A stretch of 64,000 nt of DNA from Candidatus Eiseniibacteriota bacterium (GTDB lineage Bacteria > Eisenbacteria > RBG-16-71-46 > CAIMUX01 > VGJL01), in assembly GCA_963792585.1 (NCBI GenBank), contig CAWBWI010000003.1, forward strand, positions 640,001 through 704,000. The letters are read 5' to 3'. The notes under the pieces are model-generated. The model made no database searches, was not told where the DNA came from, and saw only the letters and a list, made by a program, of their open reading frames with translations. This document shows positions 52,922 through 62,526 of this stretch, piece after piece. Each line of letters begins with the position of its first letter. Position 1 is the stretch's first letter. The position numbers and the translations under genes are program-made.

Positions 52922-53992
52922 TCATTCGAAGCGGACGAAGTCCGCGATCCTAACGAGCGTTTCTCTTATCTGTTGGACCGAGACCTGAATACTCCCATTC
53001 AGACTTGGCCAGTCGATGAGCGAAAGGTGGAGCCGAAGCGCAGGAAGGCGCAGGACCATCGGCCAGGTTGCGGCCGGCAGCCGCACGCCCGGATTCGGAT
53101 GCTCGAAGACGACCGTGTAGCGGGGAAACGATAGCACGACTGCGGCCCACGCCGTCGTTTGGGCAAACATCCCTGGGAATTTCATGCTGCGAACATCCTG
53201 ACGGAGTCCGGGTCCAATGGCGTGGTGTTCGAAGATTGGCGTGTCGGGCAATCCATAGAAGGCGTGCCACAGACCGATCGAGCAGAACCCATCGTCGCTG
53301 ATCATCACGGGCAGTACCGACTCGGGGAAGAACCCGGTACAGTCCTCATCTTGCAGATCGATCCACAGGACATTTGCCCGGTTCGTCTGGGCCTGGTGCG
53401 CCCTCGGTTTGATACTCGCGAACTTGCTGGCCACATTCTCCCCGAGGGTTTCAGGGTCCTTGGGCCTGCCCGCTGGGTGCACGACGTGTTCACGCACGAC
53501 TGTGCCGCAATTCGACCAGCTCCGGCCCTGTCCTCCATGGAGAAAGCCCGCGAGGCGCTTCGACTCCTCCGCGTTCATCTGCTTCGTGTGCACCTCGACG
53601 AAGATAGTGCTGCCGCCGAACCCAATCTGGAAGTCGGGCGCCGGCGCAGTCCCCTCCGGCAACGGCAGGCAGCTGGCACCAGCCTCGATGAGCGCCCCTG
53701 CGGCGCGGATCTCGCCGAGGGCAGAGGCGGAACGTTCGAAGTTGCTTCCGGCCGCATCTGTGATTCGCCGGTGGAGCCATGTGGCAAACCTCGTGTCGGT
53801 AGCGGATGGAATCAGGCGGATCGCCCGATCAGTATTGAAGAGCACGGCTGCCGCGGGGCCTTCAAGATCGCTTGCGGCGTCAAGTAGGAGGCGCAGGGGA
53901 TGACTCTTGTGCGTGCGTCCCGTTGCGAGCACGGATTCCATCTGAGTATCCGTGATCTCAACGGCGAGATGTCCGCATCTGCAGGTGAGCAT
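52922..53992 (-). CDS. Hypothetical protein with a PD-(D/E)xK-like nuclease motif
   Basis: GE.RA...L...PAPDFQI.....IFVEVHTK; GGGAGG RBS before ATG 53992. Confidence 0.65.
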   Translation of the reverse strand: MLTCRCGHLAVEITDTQMESVLATGRTHKSHPLRLLLDAASDLEGPAAAVLFNTDRAIRLIPSATDTRFATWLHRRITDAAGSNFERSASALGEIRAAGALIEAGASCLPLPEGTAPAPDFQIGFGGSTIFVEVHTKQMNAEESKRLAGFLHGGQGRSWSNCGTVVREHVVHPAGRPKDPETLGENVASKFASIKPRAHQAQTNRANVLWIDLQDEDCTGFFPESVLPVMISDDGFCSIGLWHAFYGLPDTPIFEHHAIGPGLRQDVRSMKFPGMFAQTTAWAAVVLSFPRYTVVFEHPNPGVRLPAATWPMVLRLPALRLHLSLIDWPSLNGSIQVSVQQIRETLVRIADFVRFE

Positions 53993-54313
53993 TGCCTCCC
54001 GTGTCTCCCGCGTAGCCTCGGATGTGCCTGCCAAGCCAACCTCCGTTCTTGGAGGGAGGGTACCAGCTCTCCGACCGTCCGGCGATATCTCCGCTCTACA
54101 GCGTCGAGGTGCGGGTGGAGTAATCTCGCCTTCGATGGTGGTCCCCAGTGCGAGAAAGACCGGCTGTGGTCTTGACATGGCGATTCGTCCGGGGCTTCGG
54201 GTGGTTCGCGCTGGAGCAGTTACAACGAGGCAGAAATGGACAGGGCCGGAGCTTTGAGGGCGCGGGGTGTCTTCCGATTCGGAAGGCAGGCGCTAAGCGA
54301 CGTCAGTGAGAAG

Positions 54314-55333
54314 CTAGTTCTCCTTGGCGGTGGGAGGCCACTCCTCAGGCGGTATCCATGTAATCGCATACCTCAGGCCAACTAATGGAAAGGGAACCTG
54401 AAGAACGGCGTGCCACAAGCCATCAGGTCCACGACCGTCCGTCAGATAGCCGTGGGAGAGAATTCGTTGCTTCTCTCTTGCGTGCGGAAGTTTCGCATCC
54501 CCACACCAAACATCGAAATCTATCTTCCGGGGGACGAAATGTTCCGGGAATAACACCTCGAGTCGAACTGAGTCCATTGGATATTGACTCGCGACGGAAG
54601 TGTACTCTTCCGCCTCCTTGAGAGCGGCCAGACTCATCGCGTAAGTACCATTGGGCAATGTCACTTCGAATGGTTCGATACTGGCCTTCGTTCCCTGGTC
54701 TATCTTTGGTTCGAAGAAGAGCTGGTAGATCCCGACGCGTCCGAGAATCAGACGGAGGCGCTCGACCGTCACGCTTCTACCTGGAGAATGGAGGGTCTTT
54801 GGGACGATGATCTTGTCGCCAGCGTTCGGATCATCATTTGTGTAGAGGGAAATCCTGTGTTCCAGGCGCTGGACGGCCTGGTTGACTGCGGCGACTGTCA
54901 TCGACTGACGCATGGTGGCTCCGCCACCGTCGGTCATGAGGATTGACTTATGAAGTTGGTCCTTGGTTACTCCGATTGCCTCACGGGCGACAAGATATGC
55001 GAGTTCTGGGTCGGCCGAGTGCGAGATGAGCATGGACCTAATGCTGACCGCGGTAATCCCTGAGAGTTTTTGATAGCAGCGCGTTTGCCGGACATGCATG
55101 ATCCAGAGGAGAATGATGCTGAAGCCGAGCAGCAGCGACGGAGCGGCCACAGCCAAGGGTAAGAGCTTCCCTTCGAGAACGGCGACGAGAACTCCGCCGA
55201 CAAGACCCACAATTGAAGCGATCCCACCGAGGAGACTAATTCGGCGAAAGCCACCAGAACTGAGGAGCGGCCGATCGATCTCGAAGTAACGTAGAGTGTG
55301 CTCAGCTAATGGATGATCTCTCTCATCCGGCAT
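54314..55333 (-). CDS. Hypothetical protein: two N-terminal TM helices and a beta-rich C-terminal domain
   Basis: Two hydrophobic helices; YPMDSVRLEVLFP...P..GLRYAITW; GGAGG RBS. Confidence 0.75.
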   Translation of the reverse strand: MPDERDHPLAEHTLRYFEIDRPLLSSGGFRRISLLGGIASIVGLVGGVLVAVLEGKLLPLAVAAPSLLLGFSIILLWIMHVRQTRCYQKLSGITAVSIRSMLISHSADPELAYLVAREAIGVTKDQLHKSILMTDGGGATMRQSMTVAAVNQAVQRLEHRISLYTNDDPNAGDKIIVPKTLHSPGRSVTVERLRLILGRVGIYQLFFEPKIDQGTKASIEPFEVTLPNGTYAMSLAALKEAEEYTSVASQYPMDSVRLEVLFPEHFVPRKIDFDVWCGDAKLPHAREKQRILSHGYLTDGRGPDGLWHAVLQVPFPLVGLRYAITWIPPEEWPPTAKEN

Positions 55334-55365
55334 GCTGCCTCCAGGGAATCCAGCGCAATGCAAAT

Positions 55366-55392
55366 CGCCCGGCACCGAGAAGGTGCCGGGCG
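55366..55392 (-). terminator. Perfect 11-bp hairpin between the uORF and the 2TM gene
   Basis: cgcccggcacc-gagaa-ggtgccgggcg; followed by AUUUG on the minus strand. Confidence 0.6.
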
Positions 55393-55396
55393 GTTG

Positions 55397-55432
55397 CTAC
55401 TGCGTTTCGTCGCTGTCTTGAACAAATGTCAT
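55397..55432 (-). CDS. 11-aa small ORF MTFVQDSDETQ
   Basis: GGAGG 8 nt before the ATG; TAG 4 nt before the hairpin. Confidence 0.5.
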   Translation of the reverse strand: MTFVQDSDETQ

Positions 55433-55529
55433 GAGTTGGTCCTCCGACTTACTTACCAGCATTTCTGGCTTTCGACCCCGGAGTGGCACCGGCCCTTACC
55501 AAGTCGGTACCCCCTTCAGCCAGAAGGTA

Positions 55530-55559
55530 ATCTTATGCCGTTCCCCCGTCGTTCGTCAA
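55530..55559 (-). promoter_or_regulatory. Sigma70-type promoter
   Basis: TTGACG-18 nt-TAAGAT. Confidence 0.55.
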
Positions 55560-56606
55560 CATGGTTTTCTTACCCGAGTTCGCTAAACGGGTTCCGATCG
55601 ACGCCCGATAAGAACAGACGGGCCGAAACCCGTCAAGAGGAAACCACCCCCGCCATCGCGCCGAATCGACCATCCGTGACCGACTGCCACGCCGAGGAAC
55701 CACCAGCATCGTAACCCCGCTCGGACCTCAGGGCCTTATACCATCAAGAGTTACGCCATCGAGGACATTGCCATTCTGCCCGATCCGAGGGGCCATCTCG
55801 TGTTCCCCAGGATAGCCGTCTACCCATTCAAAGACACCTGACAATCGGCATTACCGAGCGGGAACTTTAGGAGAGTCTCTTCTCCAGTCGGAGTCCGGTT
55901 GTTCGTGAGCAAGGCTGTGAGCCACCCAGCGGGGGTAGTTATTGAACCGAAACTGGGAGGCATCAGCCTGCGCGGGAGACGAGTCGCCGAGCTGGACATC
56001 AGGTGTGACGACGCATGCTGTCCGTGTGCCGCGTGTTTGTTCCACTCCGACCTCACTTCACCGGGGGAGACGTAGCCACGCCATTTCTCTTTGCCGACCA
56101 CGCCTCTTTCGGCCTCGCATTGGGCATGCAAGCTTCGTGAAGGCTGGTGGAGCACGCATCTGGTCAAGAGGCCCAGGACGGTTGCACCTGTTCTCCTGCG
56201 CCGAGACCCCTGAGACCCATGAGGTGGACGCTCTGAAGTGGGTCCCTGAAGGTCTTGGCCCCTTGGTCTGATTCGTCTAGTGGCGGGGTTGCAGGCAGAA
56301 GCCACTTGTCCGACCGCCTGGTCTTGCAATGAAACAGACCTGGCCGAACCTGTTGGAGGTGCCAGGGCCGCAGTGGGCGGGTTTCTTCCAGAAGCAGCGG
56401 GCAGGGCGTCCATTCTGGAACGAGCTGCTATCTGACTCTGCAGGGCGGATAGGCCGCATGCCGAATCGGCGGTGATCACTCGAGAAATGACGGTGGTAAT
56501 GCAACGACTCCCAAGAAGTCAGAACGTGCAGGCCCGGCTGGTGCCGATCCGAGGGGCCCTTCTGCTCAGTGATTGCCGGGGCCTTTCCACCTGCTAAACT
56601 TCGCAC

Positions 56607-58643
56607 ATGCGGTTTTCCACCCGTGGCATCCCGCCCCTAGTTCTCCTGCTCACGGGAGTTGCTGTTGCCTTTCCCTTGTCCACGAAGGGCATCCTCCTCT
56701 ACCTAGACAACCCGGTTCATCTAGCGGAGGTTTGGGGGCTCGCGCGCGAAGGGGGCCAAGGTTGGTCGACGCAGGCCTTCTGTGGTTTTCCCCTTGGGTT
56801 GCTTCACTCCCCCCTTTGGTATGGTCTTCTAGCCGGGCTCATGCGCATGGGACTGCATCCAGAAGCACCATACGCGGCGATCCTTTGGTTCGCCTTCGTC
56901 GCCCCGGCGCTTTCACTCCTCCACGTCGTGCGGCGGTTCATCCGTCCACTGCCGGCGCTTCTACTCTCGTACCTTATCTTGGTTCAGCAGCCCAGCATCG
57001 TGGGGCACGAGTCGGCCTGGGGCGGAATGTGGACGTGGTACATCGGTATGGCCTGTTTGATTCTTCTGGCCGACCAACTGTCCCAGCCGCGCCGTGATCT
57101 CCGCGCGTTTGTCCACCTGGCCGCCATCATCGCCCTCATCGGTCTGACGCATGTGTTTGCGCTCTTAGTTGCCGTGCTCCTCCTTGCGGTCCACTTCTTC
57201 ATACACCTAGCCTCCCGTCCGATTCCGATCCGGAGGATACTGCTTGAATTGGGGGCCAGCCTACTCGCCGCACTGGCCTCCGCCGCATACTGGGTCCCGC
57301 TCCTTCTTTCCCGCGATGCCCTCGTACTCGATCAGCTTCACTTGCCAGCCGCAAAGCTCATCCTCCGTTTGCTTCTTCCGACTGATCTCATGCTCCTCTA
57401 CCTCAACCGGCCCGCGGTACGAAGCGAGCTCTTCATGACCGACGCGATCCCCATGGTGGTCATCCTTGGGGCGGGGCTCATCGGTGGGGCACTGCTCATC
57501 CGTGGAAGGCGGGAGAGACTACCTGTTCTTGGGTTCCTACTTGCTGCCCTCGTTCTGCTATTGACTCTCTTCCATCCGGGGCGCCTGATGGGATTGTTCA
57601 GCTGGCGACTTCTATACGCCGTTCGTGTCGGGCTTGCGCTCGCATCCATCCCACTCCTCGTTTGGATCGATCGATCGCGACTAATCTCCGCGCTCTCAAT
57701 CAATCGCCCGATTCTCGTGTTTCTCGGATCCGTAGGCATCCTTCTTGGGTTCTGGTGGGGGCACCCCCTCCGTCTCGCGCTGCCGGATCCCGATGGCAAT
57801 GAGGTTCAGGAAGTCGACTCGCTTTGGGAGTGGCTGCGCGCAAATCGTGACCCGGCCTGGGGTCGCCTGTACGTCCAGGACACGTTCATGACCCCACCAC
57901 TGGGTGAGTTGGCGCAATCGCACATCCTTGCTCGAACGCAAGAGCAGACCGAGTTGTACCAGCTCGGCGCATGGTATGGCGTCGTGCCGTTTTCGACGTC
58001 TCGCTGGACTCGAGGCGAGTTCGGCGCCTTCTTTGATATCTCAGAACGCGCAATGGAAAGCCAGGATGGACGAAACATCCTCCTTGAGCGCGCTTCCTTG
58101 GCCAACGTGGGTGTAGCAGTTGTCTCTTCGCCGACCTTGGCGGATCGGCTTGGCCCCGCGTTCATTCGGATCCACCGGGTCGGCCGATACACAGTCTACC
58201 GGATTGTTGGGATGTCAAATCGCTGGGTCGAGCCGATTACGCCGGGCCTCGACGCCACTGTGGTTTCCTATCGACCTGGCTGGATCGATGTGAAGGTCAG
58301 AGCGACTCAGGCGAATAGTCGCCTCGGCATCTGCGAATCCTGGCATCCCTTCTGGAAGCTCCACGGAAATCCTGAGATCCGGATTGCCAGAAGCGGCCAG
58401 GGCCTCCTTCGGCTGGATGGCATCCCCCTCGGCACCTCGTCGATCCAGATGGAGTGGCTGCAACCCAAATACCCGCTCGTTTGCTCCCTGATTGGATGGC
58501 TTGGCATCGCGGGCTCCTTCGTCGCTATCACTTGGAAGAGGCGTCGAAGGCCTCCGGCTCTGTCCGGGTACTGGGCCAAGCCCGCGGCGGGCGCCGCCAC
58601 CGAATCGGACCCAACTGAGATGGAATCGCAGGGCCGTCTCTGA
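56607..58643 (+). CDS. YfhO/PTPS-related GT-C-like polytopic membrane protein
   Basis: DNPVH, GW....FCGFP....HSPL, YWVP; C-terminal ESWHP.W soluble domain and a final TM helix. Confidence 0.75.
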   Translation: MRFSTRGIPPLVLLLTGVAVAFPLSTKGILLYLDNPVHLAEVWGLAREGGQGWSTQAFCGFPLGLLHSPLWYGLLAGLMRMGLHPEAPYAAILWFAFVAPALSLLHVVRRFIRPLPALLLSYLILVQQPSIVGHESAWGGMWTWYIGMACLILLADQLSQPRRDLRAFVHLAAIIALIGLTHVFALLVAVLLLAVHFFIHLASRPIPIRRILLELGASLLAALASAAYWVPLLLSRDALVLDQLHLPAAKLILRLLLPTDLMLLYLNRPAVRSELFMTDAIPMVVILGAGLIGGALLIRGRRERLPVLGFLLAALVLLLTLFHPGRLMGLFSWRLLYAVRVGLALASIPLLVWIDRSRLISALSINRPILVFLGSVGILLGFWWGHPLRLALPDPDGNEVQEVDSLWEWLRANRDPAWGRLYVQDTFMTPPLGELAQSHILARTQEQTELYQLGAWYGVVPFSTSRWTRGEFGAFFDISERAMESQDGRNILLERASLANVGVAVVSSPTLADRLGPAFIRIHRVGRYTVYRIVGMSNRWVEPITPGLDATVVSYRPGWIDVKVRATQANSRLGICESWHPFWKLHGNPEIRIARSGQGLLRLDGIPLGTSSIQMEWLQPKYPLVCSLIGWLGIAGSFVAITWKRRRRPPALSGYWAKPAAGAATESDPTEMESQGRL

Positions 58644-58799
58644 CCTATCGAAGGTCGCGGACGCATCGAACACTCGGTTTGCTACATCGCCAATGTGTGA
58701 AGGGACATCACCGATTCGGAACGGGCTGCGTAACCAAGGGGGCGAGCGCGGGCGAAAAGGTTGCCTGCTCCCAGTCACCCGCGCTTGGTCTTCAGGAGT

Positions 58800-59162
58800 C
58801 TACGGGCAGGTAATCGGGCCGATCTCAATGGAGTCGCTGGACTGCTCGCCGTTGCACGTGCAGAACATGGTTACGCGGTAGTAGTAGCCACTTCCGCAGC
58901 CGGCGAAAGGACCGCAATCGACGTAGGGTGAAGATCCGTACGGCGACCCGATGAGAAGCCAGGTGCCGCCGGGGCCGCACTTGCGCTCAATGTTGAACCA
59001 CAGCAGACTGCACCCGTCGAGATTCGAAGTCCAGGACACGTTCACGCAGTTTCCATTGCAGGCCAGCTGCCCATTGGAGATGTCGCAGGCGCCGGCAAGC
59101 GAGCCGAAGGCGCTGAGGAGAAGCGCAACTGCAATCATCCCGAAGAACGTTCTGATTCGCAT
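58800..59162 (-). CDS. Secreted Cys-rich mini-FN3-like protein, paralog 1 (10 Cys in the mature part)
   Basis: Signal peptide; VSW...FNIERK.G..GTW..I...Y.D...YYYRV; ends IGPITCP. Confidence 0.85.
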   Translation of the reverse strand: MRIRTFFGMIAVALLLSAFGSLAGACDISNGQLACNGNCVNVSWTSNLDGCSLLWFNIERKCGPGGTWLLIGSPYGSSPYVDCGPFAGCGSGYYYRVTMFCTCNGEQSSDSIEIGPITCP

Positions 59163-60374
59163 GGTAAGTCTCTTCCTTTCCAGATAGTAGGTTTGACCGA
59201 TGACTTGTCACCAGGATTCCGAGTAACCCATGCGGAGGGCCGCGGCAGGGCCGGGCACCAAGCTGATCAAGGTCCTTTCCTGTCCGGTCACGTGACCTCT
59301 CGACGGACCAGCCGGCCACCGCGGATTGGCAGGAGCTACTGCGCGTCCGACCGGTTTCAGGTGTGGCCCGGAATCCGGCCCCGTACCGACTTCCCAGCAT
59401 GAATCCCGGAGAGCACGAATAAGGTGCAGTTGCTACCTCGGGTGCTGCAAAAGCAGACACTTGCGGATCACCAAGGGCCGGTGCGCGTGGAACCGCAACT
59501 ACCTCATCCATGCCAGAGGGGGCAGAGCTTGGCGTGACGGAGGTTACGAATAAGAACTCCTCGCGGGCCGGCACCACAATCCCGTCCTTTCAGTATTCAT
59601 GGCCGCGGAAAGCTCCGGTACTTGCCATCACATGTGCGACCATGGCCGCAGAACGCATTCGCGCACCCCAGGACGCTCGTGCATGAAGCATGCCGCTGGG
59701 GAGTGGGGCTGCGATCCGTCTCGCAACGTGGCCCGGTTCGTGCGATTCAATCTGCAAACGACCCGATCGTGGGGCAAGTCCTCGTTCGTCATGTCGCCCT
59801 TTGTTGCTTGTCATTGAAAACCCATGTTGACATTCCGAGGTGTCCAAGTCTTCCGCGGCCCCGATTGCGTCATCGTAACCATCAGCGGCAATGGTGGCGC
59901 TCTCCTTCCATGTGATCATCCAAGACCCATGATCGGAGCACTGGGGACGCGCACCGTAATTGTGCAAACGATCGTGCTACCGCACAAATGCGAGGCCATT
60001 TCAGCCACCGAACGAATTCACATAATGTGTAGGCAATCGATCGGGAAACCGATCGTTAGCAATTCCAGAGCGTGGATGACAGTGCCGGCCATGCCATAAA
60101 GTATCCTGCGGCTTGAGCCAGATTCCAGATGAGCTTGGAACGTAGACTTAATGCCACGAATACGCTTGATGTGCGACGAACAGCCGGATTATAGACGCGA
60201 ATGTGACGAGTCGGTCGTGAGCTGGGCCCTGGCACAGTCCGTGCTCGGTTCTCGAACGGGTCACGTGAAGCGTGTCCCGCTCGCGAGCCGGACGGTGTGG
60301 TGCGTCTTCCAAGGACGCGCACTCCAGGAAGGACCGCCCAGGCCGCGAGGGTCTCCGAAACGGAGGAATCCGAC

Positions 60375-60734
60375 ATGCGTGCTGGCATCTTCCTTCTCAC
60401 GCTCCTTCTTCTCGGATCCTGTTTCCTTGTGTCGGCCCGCGCCGATGACGGCTGCGGCCACGTCTATGACGGCCGCTACTCCTGTAGTGACGCGGCGATC
60501 AACATCAGCTGGTCTGCCGTCATCGAGCAGGGCTGTACGCCCACCTTCACGATCCAGCGGAAATGCGGCACTTCGGGGACGTACACGACGATTGAGACCG
60601 ATTGGGATGGACTGAGCTACACGGACAAGCCGAACACGGGCTGCCTCTTCGGCTGGTACTACAAGATCACGATCCACTGCTCGGACTGCCCGGGCGGGGA
60701 TTCCATCGTCATTGGTCCCATAACCTGTCCGTAG
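60375..60734 (+). CDS. Secreted Cys-rich mini-FN3-like protein, paralog 2 (8 Cys in the mature part)
   Basis: GGAGG RBS; signal peptide ending ARA; ISW...FTIQRKCG...YTD...YYKI; ends IGPITCP. Confidence 0.85.
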   Translation: MRAGIFLLTLLLLGSCFLVSARADDGCGHVYDGRYSCSDAAINISWSAVIEQGCTPTFTIQRKCGTSGTYTTIETDWDGLSYTDKPNTGCLFGWYYKITIHCSDCPGGDSIVIGPITCP

Positions 60735-61151
60735 TTGGAACGGCATGAGGCGGAGGCGAGCGAAGCCGCCTGGTCGGGGGCGCTGCAGGCCGGGGAATGG
60801 TGCCACACCCTTGCTGTCGTGTGTACCCGCGTCCGGGTGTCCACGGAGTTCCGGTTCGACCCCGGTCGGACCGTCGCTCATGGCATCCCGCCGCCGAGCG
60901 AAGGCTGCCTGTCTCCTTCAAGTGCCACGCGACTCGGGCCGCGCATCCACTTGGGCCGCTCGAAGGAAGGGAGGAACGATTCTTCGTCTCCGGCCGAACC
61001 GAGACGGTCGGATTCTCGACCCCCTTCGCGGAGGAGGTTCCAAGCTTCTGGCATCGGGGAGACGCAGCTTCCCGATGCGCCGAGCGCCTGGGTGGATGGC
61101 GGTCCGTGAGTGTGCGAATGGTCGAAGGTCAAATTGCCAAGGAGGATTCCC

Positions 61152-61520
61152 ATGAAGCGGTTCACTCTGGGTGTTGTGGTTGCTTCCATTCTGTTGGCCG
61201 GCGGCGCACTTGTGGGGTCCGCCCAGGCCATGGAGTGCAAGCTGGTGCCGATCGAACCGGCGATCACCTGCGACGGATCTTGTCATGTCGTCGTCTGGTC
61301 CTACACGTGCAACTGCGGCACGCCGACGTTTAACATCGAACGCAGCTGCTGCGGGGATCGGTGGGCGACCATCGCGACGAACGTCACCGGCTCGAGCTAC
61401 AACGACTGTTCGTCGAACTGTGGAACAACGCGGTACCGGATCACCATGAATTGCCCCCCTACCTGCACGTGTACCGGTTCCCTCACCTACACGACAGCCG
61501 ACTGTAAGACGTGCCCATAA
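61152..61520 (+). CDS. Secreted Cys-rich mini-FN3-like protein, paralog 3 (14 Cys)
   Basis: AGGAGG RBS; signal peptide ending AQA; VVW...FNIERS...W..I...YND...YRI; ends TCP. Confidence 0.85.
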   Translation: MKRFTLGVVVASILLAGGALVGSAQAMECKLVPIEPAITCDGSCHVVVWSYTCNCGTPTFNIERSCCGDRWATIATNVTGSSYNDCSSNCGTTRYRITMNCPPTCTCTGSLTYTTADCKTCP

Positions 61521-61679
61521 CAAGCTGAACGAGCGCTCAAGGCGAAATCCCTGAGTGCGATCGTAAGGGGATGCGAACGGCCGGGGAGTCCGGCGATCCT
61601 GACTCTCCGGCTACACCGAGGCGGTCCGGGCGCTCCGTCCAGAACGGGCCGGTTCCCGGACCTGAAAGGAGAGTCCATC

Positions 61680-62048
61680 GTGATACGCAAGTTGGTCGCG
61701 AGTCTTGTCGTTGCGGGCCTCTTCGCAATTCTCCCGAACATCGTTCTCGGGGAGACCTGCACGTTCAACGGAACGCTCCACGGTTCCTGTTACACGCACC
61801 AGGGACAGACCTGCTTCATCTTTCACTTCGTTATCCAGGCATCGGAGGATTGCGAACCATGGACGGTCGATGCCTACCGCGTTCCGGTCACAGGCTCGCA
61901 CTGGACGCTCGTGGGGCAGGATATCCACAATGATTGGTTTGACTGCCCTAACTGGTCCGAGGGTCCGTTCGACTACAAACTCGTCCTGACCTGCAAGGGC
62001 TGTGGGAAGACGGAAGCGGCGTATCTGCAGGGAATTGACTGCCCGTAG
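61680..62048 (+). CDS. Secreted Cys-rich mini-FN3-like protein, paralog 4 (8 Cys, divergent)
   Basis: AGGAG RBS and GTG start; signal peptide; YR....G..W..V...W.DC...YKL..TC.GC; ends DCP. Confidence 0.8.
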   Translation: MIRKLVASLVVAGLFAILPNIVLGETCTFNGTLHGSCYTHQGQTCFIFHFVIQASEDCEPWTVDAYRVPVTGSHWTLVGQDIHNDWFDCPNWSEGPFDYKLVLTCKGCGKTEAAYLQGIDCP

Positions 62049-62069
62049 AGAGCGCCGATTCCTGAGCGT

Positions 62070-62094
62070 CACGGCCGACGGGCAGTCGGCCGTG
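62070..62094 (+). promoter_or_regulatory. Perfect 10-bp hairpin abutting the RBS of the next gene
   Basis: cacggccgac-gggca-gtcggccgtg, then gggagg; no U tract. Confidence 0.45.
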
Positions 62095-62106
62095 GGGAGG
62101 AATGCA

Positions 62107-62526
62107 ATGAGTCCGTTACGGAAGAAACCAAGCGTAGCGATTGACACTGTTCCATTGCCGGAACATACGGCGAGGGGAACGCTTGCCAAGGTTCGAAACA
62201 CGTATGTACTCAAGGTCAAGCGCCGCGTCATCAAGTTTGCGGCGAGCTCGATCCTGCCGGCACAGGAGCTGGACAGACTCGCGGGGAAAGAGGTTCTTGT
62301 CGCCTTCTCCGCGTCGCAGCCGAGCAACGTCGTCGCAATCACGAAATGGCCCCGACCGGCACACGTGAAGTGCTATTGGATCCTATGCTACGTGCCGGTT
62401 CCGGAACTCATGCGCAGGATTCAGGATCAGGTGAGGACCGATCTTCTGAATCAGATGGTGAAGGCGGGGGTGATTGCACCCGAGCTTGGGAAAGAGATCA
62501 AGATTGGGCTCCAAAGTCGCATGTAG
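62107..62526 (+). CDS. Hypothetical cytoplasmic protein with a CYWILCYVP motif
   Basis: GGAGG RBS, 139 aa; its end overlaps the radical SAM frame. Confidence 0.8.
   Translation: MSPLRKKPSVAIDTVPLPEHTARGTLAKVRNTYVLKVKRRVIKFAASSILPAQELDRLAGKEVLVAFSASQPSNVVAITKWPRPAHVKCYWILCYVPVPELMRRIQDQVRTDLLNQMVKAGVIAPELGKEIKIGLQSRM

Noticed and set aside
55800..55808. gtgttcccc, matching the start of the CRISPR repeat
   Set aside because: Only 9 nt, no hairpin half and no second copy.
60851..60866. ccggttcgaccccgg, resembling a tRNA T-arm
   Set aside because: No acceptor, D or anticodon arms can be built around it.
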